Part shown: positions 7,672 to 17,807 of the stretch, piece after piece
Layout of the letters: the number at the start of each line of letters is the position of its first letter
Position numbering within the stretch: the stretch's first letter is position 1
DNA from: Desulfobacteraceae bacterium
GTDB lineage: Bacteria > Desulfobacterota > Desulfobacteria > Desulfobacterales > JAABPS01
Assembly (NCBI GenBank): GCA_011391835.1
Contig: JAABPS010000001.1
Span: forward strand, 1 to 24,502
Length of the DNA: 24,502 nt
Direction: 5' to 3'
Notes under the pieces: generated by a model
Database searches by the model: none
What the model was told of the DNA's origin: nothing
The model's input: the letters and a program-made list of their open reading frames with translations, nothing else
Made by a program: the position numbers and the translations under genes

Positions 7672-8835
7672 TTATTGCTGTTTATACGGATATACATACA
7701 TGCGAAAAACCAGAAATAAAATTCCGCCTGACAGCGCAATGATGCTGCTGAGAAAAAAAAGATAAGATGATCCCAGGCTTTCATATAAATATCCGTTAAT
7801 AAAAAAGCCGATCATCAATCCAAGGCCATAGGAAATCGCATTATTTGCAGCCTGTCCGAATGTTTTTGACTGGCGTGGAGTCAATTGGTCGATATATAAA
7901 ATGCTTGCCATGTGAAACGTGCCATAGGTGATGGCATGCAGAAGCTGGGTTAGAAGAATCGCAGATGGAGCAGTAGTAAAATAAAGAAGAAACCATCTGG
8001 CCGCAGCAATCATAAAAGAACCTGCAATAACTTTTTCAATGCGAAACCGTTTAAATATCCAGTCAGACTTAAGCATCGCGAAAATTTCGGCGATAGAGGC
8101 CAGCGCCCATGTGATTCCAATAAATGTGTTGCTGTAACCGAGGCTTTCAAGATGGATTGAAAAAAAACCGTAATAGGTGCCATGGCTTAACAGCATAAGA
8201 AACCCGCAGGCGAGAAAAACAATTGTCTGTCCTGTGAACAGGGTTTTTATATCAGATGATCGATAATCATGCCTTGCCAGCGTGCTTCCCGGGATTTGAG
8301 GAGAAATGGCAGCTTGCAGCAGAGACATTGCCAGGATAAAAATAAGTATAATTTCAATTGAATAAATATCAATTAGTTTGCCGAGCAATACAACAATACC
8401 AATAAAACTGATAGACCCCCATACCCGGATCGATCCGTATCGTTTTTTTTGAATTCCCAATAATTCCATGGTAAAGGTTTCCAGAAAGGAAATGATCGGG
8501 GCATAAAATATTCCATATAAAAAGGTAATCAAAAACATGAGCCAGAAGTTGGTAGTAAAAAGGTAACATGCCCACATCAACGAGCTTGCTATGTTAAATA
8601 GGATATACAGAGGTTTTCTGATTCGAAATCGATCTGCCAGTACTCCCCAAAGCAATGGAAATAGGACCATGGTTACAGATCGTAATGTTGAAAGGACGCC
8701 TATCTGAAATCCGTTAAAGCCTAAGTGAAAACAATACAGGTTAAAATAGGGCAAAAAAAGGCCCATGGCGCCGAAATAGAAAAAATACTGTGAACCTAAT
8801 ATTAATTTTCGTTTATCTTCTTTGGCTAAATTCAT
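7672..8835 (-). CDS. MFS transporter (MFS_1-like; HcaT/nucleoside-permease-like)
   Basis: About 12 TM segments, with YFFYFGAMGLFLPY, WGVLADRF, YGSIRVWGSISF, AEIFAM and HAITYG. The start could be 8871 (track) or 8835. Confidence 0.88.
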   Translation of the reverse strand: MNLAKEDKRKLILGSQYFFYFGAMGLFLPYFNLYCFHLGFNGFQIGVLSTLRSVTMVLFPLLWGVLADRFRIRKPLYILFNIASSLMWACYLFTTNFWLMFLITFLYGIFYAPIISFLETFTMELLGIQKKRYGSIRVWGSISFIGIVVLLGKLIDIYSIEIILIFILAMSLLQAAISPQIPGSTLARHDYRSSDIKTLFTGQTIVFLACGFLMLLSHGTYYGFFSIHLESLGYSNTFIGITWALASIAEIFAMLKSDWIFKRFRIEKVIAGSFMIAAARWFLLYFTTAPSAILLTQLLHAITYGTFHMASILYIDQLTPRQSKTFGQAANNAISYGLGLMIGFFINGYLYESLGSSYLFFLSSIIALSGGILFLVFRMYVYPYKQQ

Positions 8836-8925
8836 TTCCGCAAAAATAGGGCATTTCTTAATAAAGCGCAATGGCTATATCTGAAAAGTTGTTTATTATG
8901 GTAGCGGAATAAGTACTATAATTGC

Positions 8926-8954
8926 TTTACAAAAGTTAAGACGAGTGATAAATT
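8926..8954 (+). promoter_or_regulatory. Candidate sigma70 promoter for hsp20-lon (TTTACA-N17-TAAATT, extended -10 TG)
   Basis: -35 at 8926-8931, TG at 8946-8947, and -10 at 8949-8954, 52 nt upstream of the hsp20 ATG (AGGAGG Shine-Dalgarno). Confidence 0.4.
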
Positions 8955-9006
8955 TATACTTCCTAACATTTAGAATAATTATAGCCTGAATTTCCAGGAG
9001 GCGAAC

Positions 9007-9456
9007 ATGGATGATTTTATTAAAATAAGATTTACAAATGATTTTGGCCAGATAGCATCCCAGTTGGAAAAAACCGTTGAGAATATTTTTCGATCCACAC
9101 GGCCCATGTTTGCGGATGCGGAACGTGCCTGGAAACCACAGATGGATATATATGAAACACCTGAAGAAATCATTATCCTTGCGGAAATTGCGGGCGTTGA
9201 GAAGGAAAATCTTGATGTTGAGATCAGCAGCAAAGCGGTAAAAATTTATGGGAAGAGAACTGAAATGTCACGAATTGAAAATGCCAGGTATATGCTGGCC
9301 GAAATTCAATATGGAAGGTTTGAGCGGATTCTTTTTCTTCCGTCACCCATTGATCCTGAAATCGTATCTGCTTCGTATGTGAACGGCTTTTTAAGGATCA
9401 GGCTTGCAAAGATACCGCTTGATAAAACGTACAAGATAACGATAACGGACGGATAA
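9007..9456 (+). CDS. Hsp20/alpha-crystallin family small heat-shock protein
   Basis: PQMDIYETPEEIIILAEIAGV, EIQYGRFERILFLP and ASYVNGFLRIRL. Strong Shine-Dalgarno. Confidence 0.92.
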   Translation: MDDFIKIRFTNDFGQIASQLEKTVENIFRSTRPMFADAERAWKPQMDIYETPEEIIILAEIAGVEKENLDVEISSKAVKIYGKRTEMSRIENARYMLAEIQYGRFERILFLPSPIDPEIVSASYVNGFLRIRLAKIPLDKTYKITITDG

Positions 9457-9501
9457 TGTTTTCTATCATCGACATTCCACAATAGATCGACGGAGGTTCT
9501 T

Positions 9502-11847
9502 ATGCCAGATCAGCAGCCCATGGAGATAAGTGCTGACAATATTCCCGGACAGCTCCCTATACTCCCTCTATTTGATACTGCCCTTTTCCCAAAAATGCTG
9601 CTTCCCATTGTGGTCATGCAGGCAGATTCCATTAAGCTGGTTGATGAAGCAATGGCAAAAGACCGAATCATCGGCCTTATCGTATCAAAAAAACCGGACA
9701 GGGAAAGCTTTACATCGCGTGATAATCTTTATTCTGTCGGGACCAGCTCGTTAATTCTTAAAATGGCAAAGATGGATGATAACAAGGCTCAGCTTCTGGT
9801 ACAGGGGCTGGAACGATTTAAAGTAAAAAAATTCCTTGAAGATAAACCGTATCTGAAGGCCGAGGTGGAGCATATCAAGGTTGTAGAAAAAAGAAATAAA
9901 GAAATAGAAGCGCTTATGTCCAACCTTGTTTCATTATTTATACGAATCACCGAGCTTTCACCAGGCCTGCCTACAGAATTTGGGCCCATGGCACGATCCA
10001 TACAGGAGGCAGGCACTCTGGCGGATATGGTGGCTTCTACCATCAATACCTCTCTGGAAGAAAAACAGAAGATCCTTGAGATTCTTGATGTGAAAAAGAG
10101 GTTACTGGAAGTGTCGCGCCTGACCAATCAGCAACTGGAGATTCTTGAGCTTGGGAATAAAATACAATCTCAGATAAAAGGAGATATGGATAAAAGTCAG
10201 AGGGAGTATTATCTGCGGCAACAGCTAAAAGCCATAAAAAAGGAACTTGGGGAAGAAGAAGAAAAGCCTGTTGAAATTGAAGAATACAGGATGAAAATTG
10301 CCAAGAAAAATCTTCCCGAAGAAGCACGGAAAGAGGCTGACCGGGAACTGGACCGATTGTCCCGCATGCATCCATCATCAGCCGAATATACGGTTGCCTC
10401 TACCTATTTAGACTGGATTACAGCACTGCCCTGGCATGACAGCACAAATGATAACCTGGATATTAAAAAGGCAATAAAAATTCTGGATGAAGATCATTTC
10501 GGTCTTGAAAAGGCAAAACAACGGATTATTGAGTATCTCGCAGTGCGCAAGCTAAAAAATGATTCCAAGGGTCCTATTCTTTGTTTTGAGGGGCCACCTG
10601 GTGTAGGCAAAACCTCTCTGGGCCATTCCATTGCGCGTGCGCTGGGGCGTAAGTTTGTTCGGATCTCGCTTGGCGGCATCAGAGATGAAGCGGAAATCCG
10701 AGGGCATCGACGCACCTATGTCGGGGCGCTTCCCGGGAGAATCATTCAGGGGTTGCGAAGAGCGGAATCGAACAATCCGGTTTTTATGCTGGATGAAATC
10801 GATAAGGTGGGAAGTGATTTTCGCGGGGATCCTTCATCCGCGCTTCTGGAAGTGTTAGATCCGGAGCAGAACTTTTCTTTTTCCGATCATTATCTGGATG
10901 TTTCATTTGATCTTTCCAATGTCATGTTTATTACTACAGCCAATATTTTAGATACCATTCCGCCTCCGCTGCTTGACAGGATGGAGGTGCTAAAACTGGC
11001 AGGCTACACAGAAGATGAAAAAATAAAAATTGCCAATCGATACCTGATTCCCAGGCAGCGAAAAGCCCATGGTTTAAAATCAGGCCAGATTGTTTTCACA
11101 AAGGGAGCAGTCCAAAAGATTATAACCAGCTATACGCGGGAAGCGGGCTTGCGAAATCTGGAACGGGGGGTAGCAAATATTTGCCGAGGGGTTGCCTCCA
11201 AGATTGCAGAAGGGAAAAGCAGGCTTTATACAATTAAACTCGAAAATATATCAAAATATTTGGGACCTGAAAAAATAAGTTCAGAAGCAAAAGAACGGAC
11301 GTCTACCCCGGGTGTTGCCATGGGGCTTGCCTGGACTCAAACCGGCGGGGAATTGCTTTTCGTGGAAGCCACGGCCATGAAGGGAAACAACAAACTAACC
11401 CTCACCGGGCAACTGGGCGATGTCATGAAGGAATCGGCAACTGCGGCTTTGAGCTTCATACGGACAAATGCCGCGTCTTTGGGTATTGATGAAAAATATT
11501 TTGAAACGCACGATATCCACATCCACGTTCCAGCAGGGGCTATCCCAAAGGATGGGCCATCTGCGGGCGTAACCATGCTTACTGCGCTGACATCGCTTTT
11601 TACGAATAAAATTATTAAAAAAGATCTGGCAATGACCGGAGAAATTACATTAAGAGGCCTGGTGCTTCCTGTAGGCGGGATTAAGGAGAAAGTATTGGCA
11701 GCTCATCGCGCGGGAATTAAAACACTGATCCTTCCAAAATGGAATGAGAAAGATATGGTAGATATACCCAAAAAAGTCCTCAAAGAGATCCGTTTCCACT
11801 TTGCTTCCAAAATGATGGATGTCTTAAAGATTGCACTTTCAAAATAG
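9502..11847 (+). CDS. lon: ATP-dependent protease La (LonA)
   Basis: N-terminal LON domain, Walker A GPPGVGKT, RRTYVGALPG, Walker B MLDEIDK, catalytic PKDGPSAG (Ser) and GGIKEK (Lys). Confidence 0.97.
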   Translation: MPDQQPMEISADNIPGQLPILPLFDTALFPKMLLPIVVMQADSIKLVDEAMAKDRIIGLIVSKKPDRESFTSRDNLYSVGTSSLILKMAKMDDNKAQLLVQGLERFKVKKFLEDKPYLKAEVEHIKVVEKRNKEIEALMSNLVSLFIRITELSPGLPTEFGPMARSIQEAGTLADMVASTINTSLEEKQKILEILDVKKRLLEVSRLTNQQLEILELGNKIQSQIKGDMDKSQREYYLRQQLKAIKKELGEEEEKPVEIEEYRMKIAKKNLPEEARKEADRELDRLSRMHPSSAEYTVASTYLDWITALPWHDSTNDNLDIKKAIKILDEDHFGLEKAKQRIIEYLAVRKLKNDSKGPILCFEGPPGVGKTSLGHSIARALGRKFVRISLGGIRDEAEIRGHRRTYVGALPGRIIQGLRRAESNNPVFMLDEIDKVGSDFRGDPSSALLEVLDPEQNFSFSDHYLDVSFDLSNVMFITTANILDTIPPPLLDRMEVLKLAGYTEDEKIKIANRYLIPRQRKAHGLKSGQIVFTKGAVQKIITSYTREAGLRNLERGVANICRGVASKIAEGKSRLYTIKLENISKYLGPEKISSEAKERTSTPGVAMGLAWTQTGGELLFVEATAMKGNNKLTLTGQLGDVMKESATAALSFIRTNAASLGIDEKYFETHDIHIHVPAGAIPKDGPSAGVTMLTALTSLFTNKIIKKDLAMTGEITLRGLVLPVGGIKEKVLAAHRAGIKTLILPKWNEKDMVDIPKKVLKEIRFHFASKMMDVLKIALSK

Positions 11848-11862
11848 GTATTAATCACTGAG

Positions 11863-12636
11863 ATGGTACGATCCATTAGCATACTCAAAACTATGAAAAT
11901 TGGTGTGATGATCCGGTTTGTTTTTTTGTGCTGGTTTATTTTTTCGGCTTTTGGATGTGCCGCATCAAAACCGCCTTCAACCATACCGGGATATCCGAAA
12001 CCCTACAAAGTGCTGGGGAAGTGGTATCAGCCATTGCCAAGTGCACAAGGCTTTGGTCAATGCGGTATTGCGTCCTGGTACGGGGAACCGTTTCATGGAC
12101 GGAAAACATCCAATGGGGAGACGTATGATATGTATGGCATCTCAGCGGCACACAAAACGCTGCCGCTGGGAACCCATGTATGGGTACGAAATTTAGAAAA
12201 TAACAGGGAGATCACTGTCCGCATTAATGACCGGGGGCCTTTTGTTAACGACCGGATCATTGATCTTTCATACGGTGCTGCGCAGCAACTGGGAATCGTT
12301 AAATCCGGCACAGCGCCGGTCGAAATTGTAGCAATGGGAATCGAGACAGGTTCGGATTCATCTGCATCATCCGGGCAGGTTCCCCAGCCCCTGGATTATT
12401 ATAAAGGAAAATTTACCTTTCAAGTAGGCGCATTTAAAGTGAAGGGAAATGCGGATCGATTAAAAGAGGAATTGGGTCAGAAATATCAAAACGCCCATAT
12501 TGCTGTTTTTGACAGCGGTGAAGAGACGTTTTACCGGGTCCGGGTAGGCCAAAACAATGACCTTAAGGAAGCGGAAGCATATGAACAGATTCTGATTCAA
12601 GATGGATTTAAAGATGTTTTTATCATCGCGGAATAG
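11863..12636 (+). CDS. rlpA: Septal ring lytic transglycosylase RlpA family lipoprotein (DPBB + SPOR)
   Basis: Hydrophobic signal ending in the lipobox SAFGC, then GIASWYG, AAHKTLP, VRINDRGPF and RIIDLS, and a C-terminal SPOR (FQVGAF...YRVRVG). The start may be 11893 or 11908. Confidence 0.93.
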   Translation: MVRSISILKTMKIGVMIRFVFLCWFIFSAFGCAASKPPSTIPGYPKPYKVLGKWYQPLPSAQGFGQCGIASWYGEPFHGRKTSNGETYDMYGISAAHKTLPLGTHVWVRNLENNREITVRINDRGPFVNDRIIDLSYGAAQQLGIVKSGTAPVEIVAMGIETGSDSSASSGQVPQPLDYYKGKFTFQVGAFKVKGNADRLKEELGQKYQNAHIAVFDSGEETFYRVRVGQNNDLKEAEAYEQILIQDGFKDVFIIAE

Positions 12637-12638
12637 CC

Positions 12639-13211
12639 ATGAAGCAAAAAGTCCTGTTTGTTGACCGAGATGGCGTCATCAATAAAGATTCTCCAGGGTA
12701 TATCAAAAGCTGGTCTGAATTTGAGTTTCTGCCGCGAAGCCTTGAAGCAATTCGACACCTGACAACAAACGGATTTGATGTGATTTTAATTACCAACCAG
12801 TCTGTAATTCATAGGAAACTTGTTTCAAAAAACGATCTTGAGGATATCCATACCCGGATGAAGGAAGTTATAAACCATCATGGGGGTGAAATAAAAGATA
12901 TCTTTTACTGCCCTCATGTTCCGGAAGATCGGTGCGACTGTCGGAAACCTAAACCCGGGCTAATTGTACAGGCACAACAGAAATATCAAATCGACGTGAA
13001 AAAAACAATGATGGTGGGAGACAATTCCAAGGATATAGAATGCGCCATAAATGCACGATGTGGCGGGAACATCCTTGTTCAGGCAGGAAATGAACGAACG
13101 GCTGAAAAGATTTTAGCAGACAAGGGAATCGTTCCCAATTTTATTGTCAACGATCTCTACGAGGCTGCCCGGCTGATAACCAATCCCGATAAAAAAGTAT
13201 ATCCCCAGTAA
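12639..13211 (+). CDS. gmhB: D-glycero-beta-D-manno-heptose-1,7-bisphosphate 7-phosphatase (HAD)
   Basis: FVDRDGVIN (DxD), ITNQS, Zn loop CPH...CDCRKPKPG, and MVGD. Confidence 0.88.
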   Translation: MKQKVLFVDRDGVINKDSPGYIKSWSEFEFLPRSLEAIRHLTTNGFDVILITNQSVIHRKLVSKNDLEDIHTRMKEVINHHGGEIKDIFYCPHVPEDRCDCRKPKPGLIVQAQQKYQIDVKKTMMVGDNSKDIECAINARCGGNILVQAGNERTAEKILADKGIVPNFIVNDLYEAARLITNPDKKVYPQ

Positions 13212-13226
13212 ACGTACGCTTTCATC

Positions 13227-15395
13227 ATGATCACACTTGCCGGCAACCTGGAACGAATTACATATCAAAATCAGGAAAACCATTTCACAATTGCGAAGTT
13301 AAGTGTTGATGGCACTCGAAACCTCATAACCATTCTTGGCTACATGGCGGGGATAACTCCCGGAGAAACCATACGGGTTCGTGGAACGTGGGAGACGCAT
13401 CCACGGTACGGTCAGCAGTTTAAGGTGGATTCATTCGACGTGACACTGCCCGCTTCAATTGATGGGATACGAAATTATCTCGCTTCAGGGATTGTCAAGG
13501 GAATAGGCAAGAAGATGGCCGAACGGCTGGTCGATTATTTCAAGGATCAAACTCTTTTGGTTATTGAAAACAGCCCGGAGAAACTTACCTGTGTTGAAGG
13601 CATTGGTGAGAAAAAGGCACAGCAGCTGCATCAGGCATGGCAGGAGCATCATTTTCTAAGAAGACTGATGCAGTTTCTTCAGGAAAACGGGTTGAAGTTA
13701 TCGTATGCGGCAAAAATTTTTAGACAGTACGGAAAAGAGGCCATCGATATCCTTACTGTGGAACCGTACAGGATTGCGTATGATATTCCTGGAATCGGTT
13801 TTATTATTGCAGATACAATTGCGCAGAATCGAGGCGCTAAAAAGGATGATCCTGAGCGGATACACGCGTGCATCCTATTTCTCATGGAACAATCAATTTC
13901 AGAGGGTGATACCTATATCCATGAAGATGAGCTGCTCCAGAAATGCTTTGAGATATTTGAAATTGGATACGAAGAGGCCACAGAAATTCTTGAGGCGCTA
14001 AGCAAGGCGGGCGATGTTATTAAAGAAAAATCCGTAGAGAGTGAAGGCCGTACAGTGGTTTTTGCCAAATCTATTTATGAGGCGGAAATAGGGGTTGCCA
14101 AAAAAATCAGAGCCATATTGTCAGTTCCGGTTGAATCGTATCCAATTGAAAGCGAACAGATTACCGCAGAAGTGTATAAAAAACTTGCCATTGATCTTTC
14201 ACCGGAACAACTGGGGATCATTAAAGAGATACTGGCGGACAGGATAGCTGTTATAACCGGCGGGCCTGGAACAGGCAAGACCACCCTGATACGGTCTTTA
14301 AATGCAATCTTTGAAGCGTATGGAGAAACGGTCTGCCTGGCCGCACCGACCGGTCGCGCAGCCAGAAGACTTTCCGAAGTATCCGGGAGAAAAGCGGAAA
14401 CCATACATAAACTGTTGGGATACAGCCCACAGGAAAATACGTTTCAAAAAAATCAGGATCATCCCATTGCTGCAGGCGTTATCATTATTGACGAAGCATC
14501 CATGGTCGATACCGTATTAATGTTTTATCTCCTCAGATCCATTCTGCTCACATCGAGATTCTATCTTGTGGGTGATATTTTTCAGCTCCCTTCTGTTGGG
14601 CCTGGGAATGTGCTCTCTGATATTATCACATCAAACAGGGTGAAGGAATTTAAGCTTGAAAAAATTTATCGACAATCCGATGAAAGTCCAATTATTATAA
14701 ATGCCCATAAAGTCCGCAATGGCGAAGATCTGATTTTGGATGACCATGACGATACCCAGGATTTATCGGAGTTCTATTTTTTGGAGCAGGACAACCCGGA
14801 ACGGGTGGTTTCAACAATTATCGAACTATGCTGCAGATCAATTCCCAATTCCTTGCATCTTGATCCTGTAAATGGAATTCAGGTGATAACACCCATGCAT
14901 AAGGGAGTTGTTGGCACCATCCATTTGAACCAGGAACTTCAAAAAGCACTAAACCAGAATACCGATGTCTTTCAAACCAATGGAAGCACATTTAAGTATG
15001 GCGATAAGGTTATGCATTTAAAAAACAACTATCAAAAGGAGGTGTTTAACGGAGATATTGGGCGGATAAACGGCATTGATATGGAAGAAAGAAAATTTTC
15101 AGTGGCATACGATGACCGAACAGTGGAATACGATTTTGCAGAAGCGGATGATATTTCTCTGGCCTATGCCATCTCGGTACATAAGTCGCAGGGTTCTGAG
15201 TACCCTGCAGTCATCGTTCCGCTGATGACGCAGCATTTTGCTTTGCTTCAGAGAAATCTGCTGTACACGGCCATGACGCGTGGGAAAGAACTGGTAGTCC
15301 TCATCGGCACAAGACGCGCCCTGGATATTGCGTTGAAAAACGATAAACCCAAGCGGCGTCTTTCAAGTCTGTCAAAAAGGATTGATACTCTGTAG
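13227..15395 (+). CDS. recD2: ATP-dependent RecD-like SF1B DNA helicase RecD2
   Basis: N-terminal OB/HhH region (VEGIGEKKA), GGPGTGKTT, APTGRAA, IIDEASM, VGDIFQLPSVG, IYRQ and HKSQGSEY. No recB or recC adjacent. Confidence 0.94.
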   Translation: MITLAGNLERITYQNQENHFTIAKLSVDGTRNLITILGYMAGITPGETIRVRGTWETHPRYGQQFKVDSFDVTLPASIDGIRNYLASGIVKGIGKKMAERLVDYFKDQTLLVIENSPEKLTCVEGIGEKKAQQLHQAWQEHHFLRRLMQFLQENGLKLSYAAKIFRQYGKEAIDILTVEPYRIAYDIPGIGFIIADTIAQNRGAKKDDPERIHACILFLMEQSISEGDTYIHEDELLQKCFEIFEIGYEEATEILEALSKAGDVIKEKSVESEGRTVVFAKSIYEAEIGVAKKIRAILSVPVESYPIESEQITAEVYKKLAIDLSPEQLGIIKEILADRIAVITGGPGTGKTTLIRSLNAIFEAYGETVCLAAPTGRAARRLSEVSGRKAETIHKLLGYSPQENTFQKNQDHPIAAGVIIIDEASMVDTVLMFYLLRSILLTSRFYLVGDIFQLPSVGPGNVLSDIITSNRVKEFKLEKIYRQSDESPIIINAHKVRNGEDLILDDHDDTQDLSEFYFLEQDNPERVVSTIIELCCRSIPNSLHLDPVNGIQVITPMHKGVVGTIHLNQELQKALNQNTDVFQTNGSTFKYGDKVMHLKNNYQKEVFNGDIGRINGIDMEERKFSVAYDDRTVEYDFAEADDISLAYAISVHKSQGSEYPAVIVPLMTQHFALLQRNLLYTAMTRGKELVVLIGTRRALDIALKNDKPKRRLSSLSKRIDTL

Positions 15396-15475
15396 AACCT
15401 TCCAGCGCGCTGACCAATTCAGGCAATTCGCAGATAGGATTTTGTTCCAGATTGTGCTCAGGGATTCGGCGGCGT

Positions 15476-15895
15476 CTATGAATCTGTGTCAGAGGATTCG
15501 GGTATGGGAAGTTTAAAAAACTGAACCCCCTCCTCTTTCAAGGTCTTTTCTTCTGCCTTGGTGCTTACCCCGCGGATATTTCGCGGTTCCGAAACGCCAT
15601 AATGGATTTTTAATGCTTCTTTGGAAAAGTCGGCACCTACATTGTCGAAATTTTTTTCAACATAATCCGAAATCTCTTTAGTCATCTTCGCCAGAACGAT
15701 CTCTTTGCTGTCGATTTTTGGCAAAGAATCCGCTGACTTGATAGCAAACGTGGACAGAACTTTAAATACATGGGTATCATTACAGACAGGGCATGCGATC
15801 AGCCCTTTTTTTTGCTGTTCTTCATATGCCCTGCTGTCTTCAAACCAGCCTTCAAATGTATGGCTATTTTTGCATTTTAAATCAAATACGATCAT
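15476..15895 (-). CDS. DUF1178 family protein (putative Zn ribbon)
   Basis: MIVFDLKC...HTFEGWF, CPVC, FDNVG..F..EA.KIHYG and NIRG. Confidence 0.88.
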   Translation of the reverse strand: MIVFDLKCKNSHTFEGWFEDSRAYEEQQKKGLIACPVCNDTHVFKVLSTFAIKSADSLPKIDSKEIVLAKMTKEISDYVEKNFDNVGADFSKEALKIHYGVSEPRNIRGVSTKAEEKTLKEEGVQFFKLPIPESSDTDS

Positions 15896-16011
15896 ATACG
15901 TTTACATCTTTTGTTTTAGGTGTTAATCGAAAGTTTACTAAACCCTATCATATTTATTGGCCTTTTAAAAGAAATTCTTGTTAAATTTAGCAGATTGAGC
16001 TGATTATGTGA

Positions 16012-16040
16012 AAGATAAGACGTGATATTTATTCCGTCAA
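16012..16040 (-). promoter_or_regulatory. Candidate sigma70 promoter for DUF1178 (TTGACG-N17-TATCTT)
   Basis: Forward-strand cgtcaa at 16035-16040 and aagata at 16012-16017, 17-nt spacer, in the divergent DUF1178/nadB intergenic region. Confidence 0.5.
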
Positions 16041-16090
16041 CATAAATAAACTGTGTAATGTTAATGAGTTAAAGAATAAGGTTGATACAC

Positions 16091-17743
16091 ATGGAAATAG
16101 AAGCAGATTTTTTTGTCATCGGCAGCGGCATTGCAGGATTGAGTTTCGCTCTTAAGGTGGCTGATGCTGGCACAGTTGTCATGGTGACGAAAAAGGAAGC
16201 CATTGAAAGCAATACCAACCTGGCACAGGGGGGAATCGCAACAGTTTTCAGCAGTCTTGATTCCTTTAACCTTCATATCCAGGATACGCTTGCCGCTGGT
16301 GACGGGCTCTGCAACCGCGATGTGGTAGAGATGGTGGTAAAGGATGGTCCGGACAGAATCCGGGAATTAATCGAATTAGGGGTAACATTTAATGTAAAAG
16401 CGGAAAAGGATACCTGTAGCGTATCTGTTCCTGATAGTATGGAGTTTGATCTCGGACGCGAGGGGGGGCACTCCCAAAACCGCATTGTCCATGCACATGA
16501 TATGACAGGAAAAGAGGTGGAGAGTGTTCTGTTAAATCGGGTTAAAAATCACCCGAATATCAGCCTCTTAGAAAATCATCTAGCCATTGATCTGATCACC
16601 GTTTCAACCCGTCTAAAAAGCGAACAGATTACAACCACCCATGAGCATTACTGTTACGGAGCGTACGTTTTAGACAGGGAATTAAACAAAGTGAAAACGA
16701 TCCGCGCCAAGATAACGCTCCTGGCAACTGGTGGTGCGGGGAAGGTGTATTTATACACCAGCAATCCGGATATTGCCACAGGCGATGGTATCGCGATGGC
16801 CTACAGGGCCGGTGCGAGTGTGGCCAATCTTGAGTTTGTTCAATTTCATCCCACGTGCCTGTATCATCCGGATGCCAAAAATTTCCTTATTTCCGAAGCA
16901 GTTCGTGGGGAAGGGGGGATTCTTTTAACTGCCTCCGGACACCGGTTTATGGAGAGATATGACTCTCAGAAGGATCTGGCATGCAGAGATGTTGTTGCAC
17001 GTGCTATTGATACAGAGCTGAAAAAAAGCGGCGATGATTCAGTCTATTTGGATATATCCCATAAGGATTCTGATTTTATTAAAAAACGTTTTCCGAATCT
17101 GTATGAAAAGTCTTTGGAATACGGTTTTGATATGACCGCTGAACCTCTTCCAGTGGTTCCTGCTGCGCATTACATGTGCGGGGGAGTTGTTACTGATGTG
17201 AAGGGCAGGACAGATATTAACCGGCTGTATGCCATAGGAGAGACGGCCTGTACCGGTTTGCACGGTGCGAACCGGCTTGCAAGTAATTCGCTGCTGGAGG
17301 CGCTTGTGTATGCAGATAAAGCCGCAAAAGCAGCTATCGAGGAAATTCAAACATCAGGAGGGAAGATCGATGTTCCGAATGCATCGGCGTGGGATGACGC
17401 AGGTACAACGGACAGCGATGAACTGGTGACCGTTTCTCAAAACTGGGATGAAATTCGACGATTTATGTGGAACTATGTGGGCATTGTCAGATCCAATAAA
17501 CGGTTGTCCAGAGCAAAGCGTCGAATTGAGCTTATCAGCAGTGAGATCAAAGAGTATTATTGGAATTTTAAAATTGCTCCGGATTTAATAGAGCTTAGAA
17601 ATATTGCCATGGTGTCAGAGTTAATTATTCAATGCGCCTTAAACAGAAAGGAAAGCCGGGGGCTTCATTACAATATCCAGTATCCGGAAAAAGACGATAA
17701 GCAATGGCTTAAGGATTCTATTCTTCGGCAGCCGTCTAAATAG
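16091..17743 (+). CDS. nadB: L-aspartate oxidase
   Basis: GSGIAGL (FAD binding), AQGGIA, REGGHS, FVQFHPT, SEAVRGEGG, HYMCGG, GLHGANRLASNSLLE and ESRGLHY. I prefer ATG 16091 over TTG 16082. Confidence 0.95.
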   Translation: MEIEADFFVIGSGIAGLSFALKVADAGTVVMVTKKEAIESNTNLAQGGIATVFSSLDSFNLHIQDTLAAGDGLCNRDVVEMVVKDGPDRIRELIELGVTFNVKAEKDTCSVSVPDSMEFDLGREGGHSQNRIVHAHDMTGKEVESVLLNRVKNHPNISLLENHLAIDLITVSTRLKSEQITTTHEHYCYGAYVLDRELNKVKTIRAKITLLATGGAGKVYLYTSNPDIATGDGIAMAYRAGASVANLEFVQFHPTCLYHPDAKNFLISEAVRGEGGILLTASGHRFMERYDSQKDLACRDVVARAIDTELKKSGDDSVYLDISHKDSDFIKKRFPNLYEKSLEYGFDMTAEPLPVVPAAHYMCGGVVTDVKGRTDINRLYAIGETACTGLHGANRLASNSLLEALVYADKAAKAAIEEIQTSGGKIDVPNASAWDDAGTTDSDELVTVSQNWDEIRRFMWNYVGIVRSNKRLSRAKRRIELISSEIKEYYWNFKIAPDLIELRNIAMVSELIIQCALNRKESRGLHYNIQYPEKDDKQWLKDSILRQPSK

Positions 17744-17807
17744 CCCTCGTACGGATCTATGAAGTATTTTTTACTTTTTAACCCTTACACTGACTGAAGG
17801 GAGTCAA

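Noticed and set aside
8943-8951. GAGTGATAA, resembling the right half of CIRCE (HrcA operator), upstream of hsp20-lon
   Set aside because: The position of the left arm (8925-8933, CTTTACAAA) does not match TTAGCACTC, so there is no palindrome.
15451-15501. Degenerate tandem duplication (ATTGTGCTCAGGGATTCGG / ATCTGTGTCAGAGGATTCGG) at the DUF1178 3' end
   Set aside because: Only two short copies with three indels. It is not a CRISPR or REP-like array and suggests no function.
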